The translations under genes were made by a program, and so were the position numbers. A DNA stretch of 63,702 nucleotides, counting the filler, from Licmophora abbreviata (taxonomy: Eukaryota): the NCBI GenBank assembly GCA_900291995.1. It is 13 parts of 13 records of this genome, joined end to end, with 100 filler letters (N's around TTAATTAATTAA, not from the genome) between each part and the next. Parts side by side here need not be neighbours in the genome. Positions count along the whole stretch, not along the records: positions 1 to 3,103 come from OLMU01004158.1; positions 3,204 to 15,091 come from OLMU01004159.1; 11 more parts are not named here. One strand, written 5' to 3'. Shown here in pieces: positions 1 to 11,364 of this stretch. Each line of letters starts with the position of its first letter. The stretch's first letter is position 1. The notes beneath the pieces were generated by a model that saw nothing but the letters and a program-made list of their open reading frames with translations, was not told the origin of the DNA and made no database searches.

Positions 1-1328
1 AGCGAGGAGCTCCTGGTCCACCGACCCCATGGATCCGATCGAATCAAAGCCGACCAGTCGACGTGAGAGGTGCAACTGATCCGGGAATATAGACGTCCTT
101 CGCAGCTGCACTATCCAAAGATAGGTCTGGTTGGGGCTGCGACGGAACATGCAATGGCACAATCGGAGACGGCTCGGCAATGGGCTGTTGTACCTTGCGC
201 TTCTTGTGCTTCGGCTCGACATACGAGTTTGTGGCATCCGACAATCGATCGCCCATCAACTTTTGGACTAGGTTTGTCAGTTTCTCAATATCACCCGACA
301 TTCCTCCGAGACGCTCTTTCAAGTCTTTCACTTCCTTCCTGAGCGCATCCACTTCGGCCCGCTCAACCACCTCGTGTTGATTCGACTTTTTGATCTCCGA
401 AAGCAAATCAGGTCGATCCCGTTGGAATTTTTCATGCCCGAATCGCCACCACTTGGACTCTTCCTCACTCAAAAGATCTCGGTTAATGCGAATCGTGTCC
501 GTCTTTATCTTGCGAAAGCCGTAAAAATTGAGCTGACGAACAAAGCTGCTGAAGTTATTATGCTTGAAATAAAGCGGAATGATCGTCGTAGCAAAGATAT
601 CTGGATCCTTGACAATAAACTTGGTTCCGTCATCTGACCTGTCATACAAGAAACAAGAGAAAGGCGACTTGGTTAGTCAGGTCATTCATCACATTCACAT
701 TGAAGGCGAAGCATCGATCAATGACTCTAGAGTCGAGTCAGCAAGCCATTCGGTGTGCTGAACCAATGAAAATGCACCAAATCGTAGAACACGGTTCTCA
801 CTTAGCAAATATGTGTGTCACTTCGAGAGAATTAGCTTGAAGTCGACGGGGAGCTTGAACTTGGTGCGGACCATGGCCATCAACTGCGAAACAGCAAATG
901 CGATTGTGGAGTACGTACCATGTGGCAATACTTGGGTCACAAGTGTTGATCATCTCGTAGGTTTCTGTGAGGAGAAAGAGGCGAAAGGACAAGGAATGTG
1001 AGCACAATTTTCATCACGATATGCCAGTCGTGGGTACAGATATAGTCGATAATATCCTCTCGATCTTTGCCGCTGACGGACATTCGAATGCTTCAAATCG
1101 TCCCTCGTATGCATCATCAGAGGTGGCTCAAAGTTCAGCTCCGTCGACCCAGTCGATCGTGTGAACTTCACACCCACACACGACAGTCATTTCGTTCATA
1201 TTCCCGCTCGTAGACATCAGTACAAACTCTACACACTTACTTCTCAAGAAAATGGGGGCAGCTTCACGGGTCGCATTTTTCTTTTTCGAAGAGGACTTCT
1301 TTTTCCTGGACGCTTCGCTTGATGCCAT
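1..1328 (-). CDS. Heat shock transcription factor (HSF DNA-binding domain + coiled coil), paralog 1; 3' end runs off the window
   Basis: Spliced model: exon 1328-1241 ([10 protein letters not shown]...APIFLR), intron 1240-965, exon 964-919 ([16 protein letters not shown]), intron 918-639, exon from 638 ([10 protein letters not shown]...[21 protein letters not shown]). All introns are GT-AG. The apparent stop at 44-46 is removed by deleting one base from the AAA run at 46-48, giving [17 protein letters not shown]. Confidence 0.95.
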
Positions 1329-1790
1329 ACTAGTAATTGAGGGGAGCAGAGGAGCTCCGGGATGAGAAGGAATGGAGGTCGGGTGAGAAACGGGCATTGA
1401 GTCTTTACGCATGAATGTTCGTGCGGCGGATGATTTTTTGTGCACGGCGGCGGAGGTTTGTGCGCTCCCGAGAAATGTATGAGCGTGTTGCGCTTGTCGT
1501 GCGAGATCGCGCATGAGAACACATTCGATCAGAATCGATGCGTTACTGGCTTCTACGGGATGTCCATCTCCACGTCATCGGGTGTTCGCCGAACTCCTGA
1601 TTCCTTCAATTTGGCGCGCCCTACTGACTGACGATGGTTGATTTGATCTTTCACTTTTTCTCAACAACAAACTGCCGATTGCCGAGTGGAAGTGAGATGT
1701 CGTGAGGCGGTCACTCAACGTTGCTCTTGTCAACTATTCTATTGTCCAGTATCGGGTTGCCGCCTTTTCCTTGTATGAAACGGCAGGACG

Positions 1791-2825
1791 ATGGCGTTTG
1801 TGATTGCTTGGTCGTCCATCTATCTGCAGTTCAGCAGTTTCAATTTCCTTTGCAGTGGTCTCTTCGGAGATATTCTGTGTTTACGATTCTTTCTTTCCTG
1901 GGCCTACATCTGGCTGTTGGTTAATGCAATCATGGGGTTTCCAAATTTCAGTGAGCTTTTCAACGAAGAGGTCTTTGTCTTGCACATCGATGTGATCGTG
2001 TGGACCACCGCTACACTGTACGTTCATGCCTCTAAGTTTACTGGGATTGCGCTAAACGAACGAAAAGTTAGAGATCTGCCTCCGGAAAGTATGCCTCTCT
2101 ACTACATGATGTATCGGAATGGTGGCTTGAGTGAGTTGCTCTTCAAACAATTCGTCTGGCCGCGCTTTGAAATGGTGCATTTGAAAAAGGGAGAGCGTAT
2201 CGACGACAATTCCAGTCTCTATATTGTCCTCGACGGCATGGCGAGCGCCAAGGTCAAAGTAAAGAATCGAGTCAACGACCTTACGTTGGCATCGGGGGAA
2301 GTGATTCATATTAAGTTTTTGCATTTGTTTCGACAAGCTGAGTGCGACGCCTTTGCCAATCAAGCAGTCGAGGCCGAGGCCTTGACCGATATGGTGCTGT
2401 ACAAGTGCACGCCCAGTGACATCAAGGCCATTGCACGACAACCTCAAACCAAACAAGCCTACCAGGGCCTGCTCATCTTTGTATTGACAAGAATCGCCGA
2501 GCGCGCCATAATCGATCAGGGAAACGGAGATCACGTTACCAGCACAGCCCGGAATCCTGCCTTTTTGCCTCTGGAGGACTGGGAACAGCCGGATCCGCTT
2601 ATTTCTGGGTCAGGGTATGCTCTGACGCGACCACTCCAACACATGGCGGCGAGTTTGTACAAGAGCTATCGACCTCCGTGGCCAATTATTCGATGGATGC
2701 CGGGACTGCGCCATGCAGCCTTACCTGCGCCGCACCAGTCTCCTCCAGACAGCACGACGCTTTCAAAAGCACCCTACGGGACGTTCGGCGAAAGCACAAA
2801 AGACGAGACAAAAGCTCTCGTGTAG
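1791..2825 (+). CDS. Popeye-domain-like membrane protein (3 N-terminal TM helices + cNMP-binding-like jelly roll)
   Basis: 344-aa intronless ORF. Hydrophobic N-terminus with the Popeye-type segment 'DILCLRFFLSWAYIWLLVNA', then 'MVHLKKGERI..SLYIVLDG..LASGEVI', typical of cNMP/Popeye beta-barrels. Confidence 0.65.
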   Translation: MAFVIAWSSIYLQFSSFNFLCSGLFGDILCLRFFLSWAYIWLLVNAIMGFPNFSELFNEEVFVLHIDVIVWTTATLYVHASKFTGIALNERKVRDLPPESMPLYYMMYRNGGLSELLFKQFVWPRFEMVHLKKGERIDDNSSLYIVLDGMASAKVKVKNRVNDLTLASGEVIHIKFLHLFRQAECDAFANQAVEAEALTDMVLYKCTPSDIKAIARQPQTKQAYQGLLIFVLTRIAERAIIDQGNGDHVTSTARNPAFLPLEDWEQPDPLISGSGYALTRPLQHMAASLYKSYRPPWPIIRWMPGLRHAALPAPHQSPPDSTTLSKAPYGTFGESTKDETKALV

Positions 2826-3039
2826 CACAAGCTTCTAGCCCTCTAAATCATCGCAGGTTATATGATATGAGTGACAGTGCTAGTCTAGGATTTGTGGAAG
2901 GCGCCATTGAAGATGGGATCGATGGGGCGGGATGATGTTTGCGCGACCAGCAAGTTGAGAAAATACCTTCCCACCCTTGTTTAGAATTTAAAGCCGATTG
3001 TATATCATAAAAGAAAAGACCAATGTGATGCGTTCCCCG

Positions 3040-4216
3040 TCACGGTTCGAGTTTACAGGCGATCGTGGATGCTCGCATGTCATGAATACCGCCTTGTCCA
3101 GCANNNNNNNNNNNNNNNNNNNNNNNNNNNNNNNNNNNNNNNNNNNNTTAATTAATTAANNNNNNNNNNNNNNNNNNNNNNNNNNNNNNNNNNNNNNNNN
3201 NNNACCTCCAAAGACTCTGGCCACTTGGCCAAGTTCATCAATGCCAGTAGTGAAAAGTCCTCTAGCGACTGTTCCTTCCATTCCGAAAGTGGACGAGTGG
3301 ATGTCTTCAAAATCTCCACCAAGACTCTAGGCAGTGTCGTGGAGGTAGCAATCGTACGTGCTCCATCGTGCGACGAGGTCAGATACCGAATCAACCCCAT
3401 TCCCCATCGCAAGGTCTCCCCCTCGACCGATGTCTTGTTTCGATTCCGCCAAGAACTCTTGCTGCGGATCAATACTGGCAGAGAAATCTCGGCCATTTTC
3501 TCGATAGTCTGCAAAAGAGTCGGCGTTGTACGTGTACCTTGGTCATGCTGCTGCTGGTTGTGTTCCCCATACTGCAGCAACGGTGATCGCGCATCCTCCA
3601 GGACGGACAGATTGAACAAACATATACAAGCCAGATACGACTCCGGAAGGCGTCGTCGAACAAGGTTTAACAAATGTTCCAGCAAAATCTCCGAATCTGG
3701 TCCCAAGATCAGGATTGCCTTGTTTTCAAAGGGAATGGACAGATTGTTGAGCGTCAGGCAGGCCAGTCGACGGTCCTCTGCATTTTTCGCATCAGGGCTG
3801 CTGAGACAAGTAATGAGGACTGGAACAACTTGCCATTTCCTCGTCCCGACGAGTGGGACGCTGATGGGAGAGAGATAATCCCATGGTGGGTGGGTCGAAC
3901 GAATGTATCTCAGTTAGCATGCTGTATCAGTACACGTTGATGTTGACGCCACAATTCACTCCTGTTTCGCTCACCGATTCTGTCTATGTGCCCCATCGGT
4001 AAGCTTGTACAAACCTCTCAATCCTTCGGTTTTCTGCCTTTCGTCAAATTGAATGGTTCCCAGAATACTGCTCATCTGGTCGTCGGAAATTGGCTCTGCT
4101 GCTGTGCTGTTGTCTACTACCAAATTCAAGTTTCCGCAGGCACAACTTCGTGGGTCCAAGCGGCCCATCCAGGAGGAGGGAGACAGTAGCCTACCCTTTG
4201 CTGCAGACGATGACAT
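3040..4216 (-). CDS. Armadillo-like helical-repeat hypothetical protein (spans a gap)
   Basis: Exon 4216-3975, GT-AG intron 3974-3861, exon from 3860 (VPLVGTRKWQVVPVL...RRLACLTLNNLSIPFENK...LACICLFNLS). After the gap it reads GQGGIHDMRASTIACKLEP* with the stop at 3040-3042. Confidence 0.7.
3104..3203. other. Artificial assembly spacer N44-TTAATTAATTAA-N44 (first of twelve)
   Basis: Identical 100-nt spacers also lie at 15092, 17665, 20740, 23309, 26965, 43891, 47844, 56179, 58051, 60300 and 62392. The core puts stops in all six frames. Confidence 0.98.
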
Positions 4217-4585
4217 TGTGAAGAATGGGGTCGAATGGAAAGTCTGAACGATTGGTCGAGGTTACTGAGGGACCATAGTCGAGGAGCGACAAGTCGATGA
4301 AAACGATGAAAGCAAAATGCTGCACGAAAAAGGACTGGAATGTGGAATTCGGAATTCATACATTTCTACAAGCCGTAAGGTAAAATATGAACGCGCGCGA
4401 GCCGACATCCTCAATGACCACAAGAGAGAACGAAAACAGAAAACAAAGAGCTAAACATCTCTGATTTAACGAAAAACAGAGTGGACAACTCCTCAACTCG
4501 ATCAGAAGAGAAGCTAGATAAGTCTACGTACAAGCAGCTGTAGTGACTAAGTTTATTCCTCTCTTTCATTATAGAAGGCGTCGAG

Positions 4586-7500
4586 TTACAAATCGTCTTC
4601 GCCATGCGCAGCCCGACTTCGTTCTACCATGGCCTTGAAGAGACTTCCTTCGCGCTGTAACAGAGCCTGAGGCGTATCAAACTCTGCTATTTTTCCATCA
4701 TCCAGAACAAGGATGCGGTCATTGTCCATGATGGTCCCGAGACGATGCGCGATGGTCAACACCGTGGCGTCAGCAAAGTTTTGTCGAATCATCTTTTGAA
4801 TCTGGGCGTCCGTCGTGTTGTCGATACTCGCGGTCGCCTCATCCATGACAAGGACCTTGGGGTTACGCAGTAGCGATCGGGCGATGCACAAGAGCTGCCT
4901 TTGCCCCTGTGAAAAGTTCTCGCCTTGCTCCGCCACTTGCTCTTCTAATTCGTTCGGTAGACCAGCAATGGCCTCCGCCAGTTGGACTTTGTGAAGCACG
5001 GCCCACAGCTCCTCGTCTGATGCAGTTCCGAATGGATCCAGGTTGTAGCGAATCGAATTGGAAAACATAACGGGGTCTTGAGGGATGATGGAAAGGTTGA
5101 GGCGAAGTGCGGCCGTTCCAATTTCGCCAGTGTCCACTCCATCGATCACGATTCTCCCGCCATCTTTTTCAAGCTCGGAGATGCGGAACAGTACAATCAT
5201 TAGTGAAGATTTACCAGAGCCTGTAGGTTTTGGATCGGGTAGAAGAGTGAGAGGTGTTAGTGTACGAATCGGACTGGTGACGTGTTCCACCAATCCACCA
5301 CCCCGCCGAATCGACTCACCTGTGCGTCCTACGACGCCGATCTTCTCGCCGCCCTTGACTGTCAGCGAAAGGTCTTTCAGCACCATAGGCCCGTCGCGGT
5401 ATCGCATGCTGGCGTTCTGAATTTCAATCTCTCCCCGACTCGGCCACGTGCCCATTTTCGGATCCTTATCGGGTACGACTTCGGCAGCCTCTGACTCGAT
5501 GTTGTTGGAGTAAAACAAAACTCGCTCGACAGAGTTCATTTCCGCTTCCAAAGTCGCGATCATTCGCACGCCGTGTTTCAAATAGTTTGTAACCTCGATA
5601 CCATAGGAAAGGGCGAGACCAAGCCAACCTGCAGGAATAAAATCTTTGGAAGGCTGTGCCTACGGCGACTCCTCCGATGAAAGCAACAATGAACCCGCCT
5701 AGCACGTCCAGACGAAGCCCCAGCCACATGTTGGTCAACTGCACTAAAAGGAAAGAAGCGTTCTGGTCATCGAACGATCCCTTCATGTGGGAAAAGAAAC
5801 GAGTTTCTTCGCCGTAAGCACGAATCGTCGAAGTCCCAGATAGAGTCTGAGAGAAGTCTGCAAAAATTGGAGAATTTGCAATGCTATTGACCCGCTGAAG
5901 CTCGGTCGACGTCTTTCGGAACCACTTCTGGACCACGTAGTAGATGTACCCCATAGGAACGAGTGGGACCAGAAAGGTTCCCATTGTTGCAGCAATGATT
6001 GCCCCGAGAGCTCCCAGGACAGAGAAAATCGTAGAGAAGAGCTGACCGAGACTCTGTGTAAGCTGCAAATCGATCTTGTCCATATCTGCCGCAAATCGAT
6101 TGAGAATTCTACCTGTTGGAGTAACGTCAAAGAACGAAACGGGAGCCCGAAGAGTACTTTCAGTTAGATCGTCGTGCAACTTTCGAGATGCTCCAAGTCG
6201 ATGACGAGCAAGTACAAGAGCGCGGACAGTGAGTCCCAGAACGCCGAGTAATCCAAACATTGCGTAGACTCCCAAGTAGAAAGAGGTCGTGCTGTCAGAG
6301 TGGGGATCACCAGCGGCGCTTGCAGCCAAAGCTTCCTGGGCCCAAAGTGCCAGCCAAAACGCTGCTCCAATCTCTGCGCCTCGACCTAATCCCTGTGTTA
6401 CGATGGCGCCGACAAACTGCATCCACCCGCCTGCTCGGGCATAGTGAACGTAGGCAGAACCAGCAACGTGGCCCTCTTCGCGCTCCTCGTCTTTGACGAG
6501 CTTCTCTCCCTTCTTCTTAAGGTCGGCTTGTTTCTCTGCATTAACAACATCGTCGCCGCCTTCAGAATCTTTCTTTTCGGTTGGAGCGTCAGCTGCTTTC
6601 GTATTTGATTGCATGTCAGGCTCATCAGGATTCTCAGTAGCCTGGACTTTCGAAACATCAACTGCTCCGGCGAAATCAACGCCATGAGCAACAAGTTCGT
6701 TGTACGTTCCTTGATGTTTGATACGTCCATGGTCCATCACAATGACTTGGTCGCATCGCGGCAGAAAGTGAACGTGATGCGTTACCAGCATGCGAGTTGT
6801 TCCTTGGCCAATTTCACCGGCAATGGCTTTCGCGAACAAGTGCTCGCCGACATGCGCGTCTACCGCCGACAGGGGGTCGTCCAACAAGAGCAGACGTGTA
6901 TCCCGTGCGTACAGAGCTCTCGCTAACGATACGCGGGCTTTCTGGCCTCCCGACAAGTTGATGCCACGCTCGCCAATCTCTGTCTTGTCACCAGCTGGCA
7001 GCACCGCCAAATCGTCAAGCAGCGCACATGCCTCCACAACTTGATCATATCGTTCCTGGTCAAACTCACGCCCAAATAAAATGTTGCCTCGCAGGGTGTC
7101 ATTGACAACCCAAGGGGACTGTGTACAATAGGATACAAAACCAGCCTTGTCCTTAGTACCTTCGCTTCGAGGCATGAAGACCTCAGATCCATCAATAGGT
7201 TCCATCTCGCCCAGTATCGCAGAGAGCAACGAGCTCTTTCCGCTGCCAACTGAGCCGACGACAGCCGTGAGGCTTCCCGGCTGCACGCTCAGACTGATGT
7301 CTTGGAGAGTAATGATCGGCACACGGTTTCCGTCTTCGTCCAAAATGGTGCTCATATTGCTATGGAGAGAGGATTTCATGCTCGAGTCGACGCTCTCGCT
7401 GTCGTCGCCCGATTTGCTTCCATTCTTGCCCTTTTTCTTCTTCTTTTTGCTCGGTTTGTCTTCCTGCACAGGGCGAATATCAGGAGCATTGGGGTCAATC

Positions 7501-9156
7501 CACGAGAAAGAACCGCTCTGAATAGTCACGCTTCCTTCCTCAGTAGCACCAGTAGTGCCAAGATCTCCGTCTTCATCACGTGGAGTCGAAATGACATACT
7601 CTGTCAATTCCGGAAGCTGCAAGTACCGTTCCAGACGACGTAGCGATATTTTGCTTTGAATGAACTGCAACAATCCCATGGGCATGAATGCAAACGGAAA
7701 CCTCATGATATTGAAAAGCGCAACGGTGGTGAATGCGGTAGCCGCATCCAGCGGGTCGTCCTGAATATTGACATATGTCAAGAAGACAAGAATCGGTTGG
7801 ATAATGGGAGCACTCAGGAGAATGAGCGAGAATCCAACCGCAGTCACGTATGCCAACTTGGTGAGCGCCTTCAGTTCCGCTTCCCGGAGCTTGCCGACTT
7901 CCTTTCCGAAGGGGCGTTCCCAGGCATAAAACTTGATGATACGAATGCCAGAAAGAATCTCATTCATCATTTTGACGCGCAAATCGGAATACATTAGCAC
8001 CTTGCGACGCATCTTGCTGACAACCGAAAAGACCACCACATTGACCGGGGCGAGACAAACCATATAGCCTACACCGACCCACGTGGCGTTGCCCTAATAA
8101 ATTGAGTTCCAAAAGTGAACATCGTGAGCAAACAAAAAGCATAGTATCCTCTCACACACAGTACACGTCGTCGTTGTCGTCGCTGTGATGGTGGTTCTTC
8201 CGGCTTACCACTTGTCCGTAAATGAGCACGAGCGAAATGATGATTTGAATGGGCGCCACGAGAGTCATTCCTGCAAACTGTAGGAATCGCTGCAGCTGTG
8301 CCGTATCGTTGCTCATCATGTTGACAACTTGGCCCGTTGACGTTTTGGCACGACCCGCGGCCGACACGGTAAGAGACTTGCGGTACAAGAGTGTCGAGAC
8401 GGAAGTTCGCGCAAAGACTGAACAATGAGCCATAATGGCAGAATGACGTGTCTGAAGTAAGGATACAATGAGAGGAATGACGCCAAGCAGCAACACTTCG
8501 GCCCACTGTGGTCCATAGCCGTCATATTCGGAAGAACTCAATCCCGACTCAAAAAAGGCGACGAGATCGTTCAAAATAATGACGGGCAGAAAGTTCAAGA
8601 GCGCCGAAATGACATAGTACACCAGTGCCAATACAAGTCTCCAAACTCCGAAGCTCTTGACCAGCGCCGCGGCAATACTGGGTTCGACTAACGTGGGCGA
8701 CTTGACCTTGCTGCGAGCAGAATCAGTCGTGCAGGCTGCCAGTTTGGCCTCGTAGGCATGCTGGCGTTCTTTGTTCGTCATTTCCGCCTTGAGTGACTGG
8801 TCGTCCCATGCCTGCTTGGCAATAGTGTACGCCCGCTCCGCGCGGTCCTCGTCACTGGGAACTCCAATATCCTCGGCGTCGAGTACCTTGGAGGAACCAA
8901 GTTTCAAAAGAGGGCCCAAGTACGACAGAAACCAGACCGAAAGGAAGCCAGCTCTGTCCTCCAACGACTTTTCCCATACTCCCAGATCTCGTCCCGTTTT
9001 GGGTTCCGTTCGTTTCCAGCAGAGCCAGCCAGAGGTGGAGCGGCTGTCTGCTGATTTCATGTGATCTTCGTTAGAATTCTCATCAGTCGATTCGGAAGTT
9101 TCTTCTCCTTTCGAAGGGGGCAGTTCCTTGCTTGTTGTTGTTGCTGTCGTGCACAT
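4586..9156 (-). CDS. ABC transporter, subfamily C (MRP-like), full size TMD-NBD-TMD-NBD
   Basis: Walker A GSVGSGKS and GRTGSGKS, signatures [13 protein letters not shown] and [10 protein letters not shown], and [14 protein letters not shown]. Introns 8208-8094 and 5319-5221. A one-base frameshift at 5650-5651 restores [17 protein letters not shown]. Confidence 0.97.
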
Positions 9157-9605
9157 GGCACTGTAGTGATGATAGCGTCGCTTCTTCTAACTTTACGATC
9201 TGCGTGGATCGGTTCTTGAATTTTATGAGTAAGAAAAAGAAACAGAGTATAAGGCACACTGGATGACGCGATGACATGGCTGTGCGTGTACGGATGACTC
9301 AAAGCAAAGTTCCCTCCTGATTCACACAAACTCGTCCGTGTTGTGTTCTGACGCCCCCCGTAGACTGTGGTAGAATTCCTACACAAATTTCGTCCAATGA
9401 CAAAGTTTCCATCCGAAGGCACGCCACGTACGCGCCTGGCCGGCGTCCGGTGAATTGAAAGCTTGTTTTGGAACGGACCCGGAGTGTTATTTTTCGAAAT
9501 AGACCATGACACAAGACAGAAAATACTCGGTCGGCTGTTGGTTTCATTAAACTACTGCCTCCGTTCTTCTCTGCTTATTCCATTGTATCTGACCTGATCC
9601 CTCCC

Positions 9606-10505
9606 ATGAGACTTTTTCTCGCTGCTAGTCTCTTGTCTGTTCCATCTGAATCGTTCTTTTTTCGCCTCCCCTTCTTTGCTGCCAAAACACGTTATCGTTC
9701 TGCCGCAACAAGAACATCTCACTGCAGCATGTCGTCATCATCTTTCGAAAATCAACTTTCCCGCCCCGATTTGATTCGAAAACTGCTGAAAGGTCTGGAA
9801 ACGGGCGATCCCGAAGCTGCATCGGTGGTTCATGAAGACGTCTACATTCAACACAATCCGCAGACGCACGAGGGGGGCGAGGGACTCGCGGCGCTCTTTG
9901 CACGCTTGAGCAAGACGAATCCCAAAGTGAACATTGTACGAGCATTTCAAGATGACGACTTTGTCTTTGCCAACACGGAATATGACTTCAGTACTAGGCG
10001 TATTGGCTTCGAAGTCTTTCGTTTTGATGAAGGCAACTATGCAGTGGAACATTGGGATAACATTCAGCCACGAATGGGGCCGAATGAATCGGGTCACACT
10101 ATGGTGGATGGACCGACAGAAGCCCAGGATCATGACAAGACGGAAGTCAATCGAGCCTTTGTGCGACAGTTCACCCAAGATGTCTTGGTGGGTCGCAATT
10201 TGGAAAGACTGAAAGACTACGTGAATTCGAGTACCTTTACGCAACACGATCCGAGACTGGCAGACGGTGTCGATGCGCTTGCCGCGGCACTGACGAAGCC
10301 CGATCACATGCTGTACAGCACTATTCATCGTGTCTTGGCTGAGGGAAACTTTGTATTGGTTGTTTGTGAGGGGTCATTTGATGCGGTGCACTCTTCCTTT
10401 TATGACTTGTATCGCGTACAAGATGGTAAGATCGTCGAGCATTGGAATACGATTGAGGCAGTCCCTCCGAAGAGCGAGTGGAAGAATAACAATGGAAAGT
10501 TTTAA
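9606..10505 (+). CDS. Tandem SnoaL/NTF2-like domain protein with predicted bipartite plastid presequence
   Basis: Two repeats, each with 'Y/FxQHxP...G...' and 'VEHW' motifs (YIQHNPQ..AVEHWD; FTQHDPR..IVEHWN). N-terminus MRLFLAASLLSVPSES|FFF followed by an S/R/T-rich transit-like stretch. Confidence 0.85.
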   Translation: MRLFLAASLLSVPSESFFFRLPFFAAKTRYRSAATRTSHCSMSSSSFENQLSRPDLIRKLLKGLETGDPEAASVVHEDVYIQHNPQTHEGGEGLAALFARLSKTNPKVNIVRAFQDDDFVFANTEYDFSTRRIGFEVFRFDEGNYAVEHWDNIQPRMGPNESGHTMVDGPTEAQDHDKTEVNRAFVRQFTQDVLVGRNLERLKDYVNSSTFTQHDPRLADGVDALAAALTKPDHMLYSTIHRVLAEGNFVLVVCEGSFDAVHSSFYDLYRVQDGKIVEHWNTIEAVPPKSEWKNNNGKF

Positions 10506-11364
10506 ATCTCTAGCAGACGCGTTAAGGACCAAGAAGGAATGCAGCGATCGAGAGACGCTTGTTTGAAAGTCTTCTTGCAACTTTGCTGCTATTAGTTTGA
10601 ACTCTCTTTGCCAGTAAGTTCGCTCACTGCGGTTTAGACTTTCTTGTGAGCCACACTGGTTCAATGGCTTATCGAAGGGCAGGTCTTGGCTTCATCGTGG
10701 ATGGTTTTCGATGCGGTGATCGTCGTGAGATGCGAAGCATCGGTGGAGATGCCAACTCAATAACTCGACTAGCTCGACTATCAGACGGAATCCGGAGCCT
10801 GAGATGCGTGAAGCCTTGTATCGCGCGCTATGCACAACAAGGAACGCAAACATGAGGATTGTCAACTCGATGGGGAGGCCATCGAGTAGATTTCTGTACC
10901 ATTGTTCACAGTTCTTTATGGATAGTCTTGCGTTTGGCTTTAGGGGTGATTGAGAACGACGAAAAGATCTCCAGATCTCATAATCTATCTTGTCGGAAAA
11001 GGCCATCACCGATGGGCCGCAAGATATCGGTCTGTCCACATGTCAGGCAAGATTCTCGACTCATTCGACTCACAAAATTTCGAACGGAGAGTCGCGCCAA
11101 AACATTATGTGGATCAAGCCTTGAATAGGTCCAAACGCATCAGTAGTGCCAAGACCATTGTTCCAGTGACTATACGACTCATGATTTTCCGTTGTCTCCT
11201 TGACTATACCCCAACCCCTGCGCTGGCGGGGCATGAGAATCGAAACACATGGTTCAACGCATGAGACTTACAAGAGTAGGAAACAAAATTTCGTTTGCTT
11301 GGAAGGGAACGTACCTCTTCATCACAAATGCATGCAGTGGGAAAGATCACAACAAGCAATCATT

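Noticed and set aside
3225..3878. Long antisense ORFs (also 34222-34848, 9738-10328, 52463-52984, 57574-58098)
   Set aside because: Shadows of real genes on the opposite strand, with no motifs of their own.
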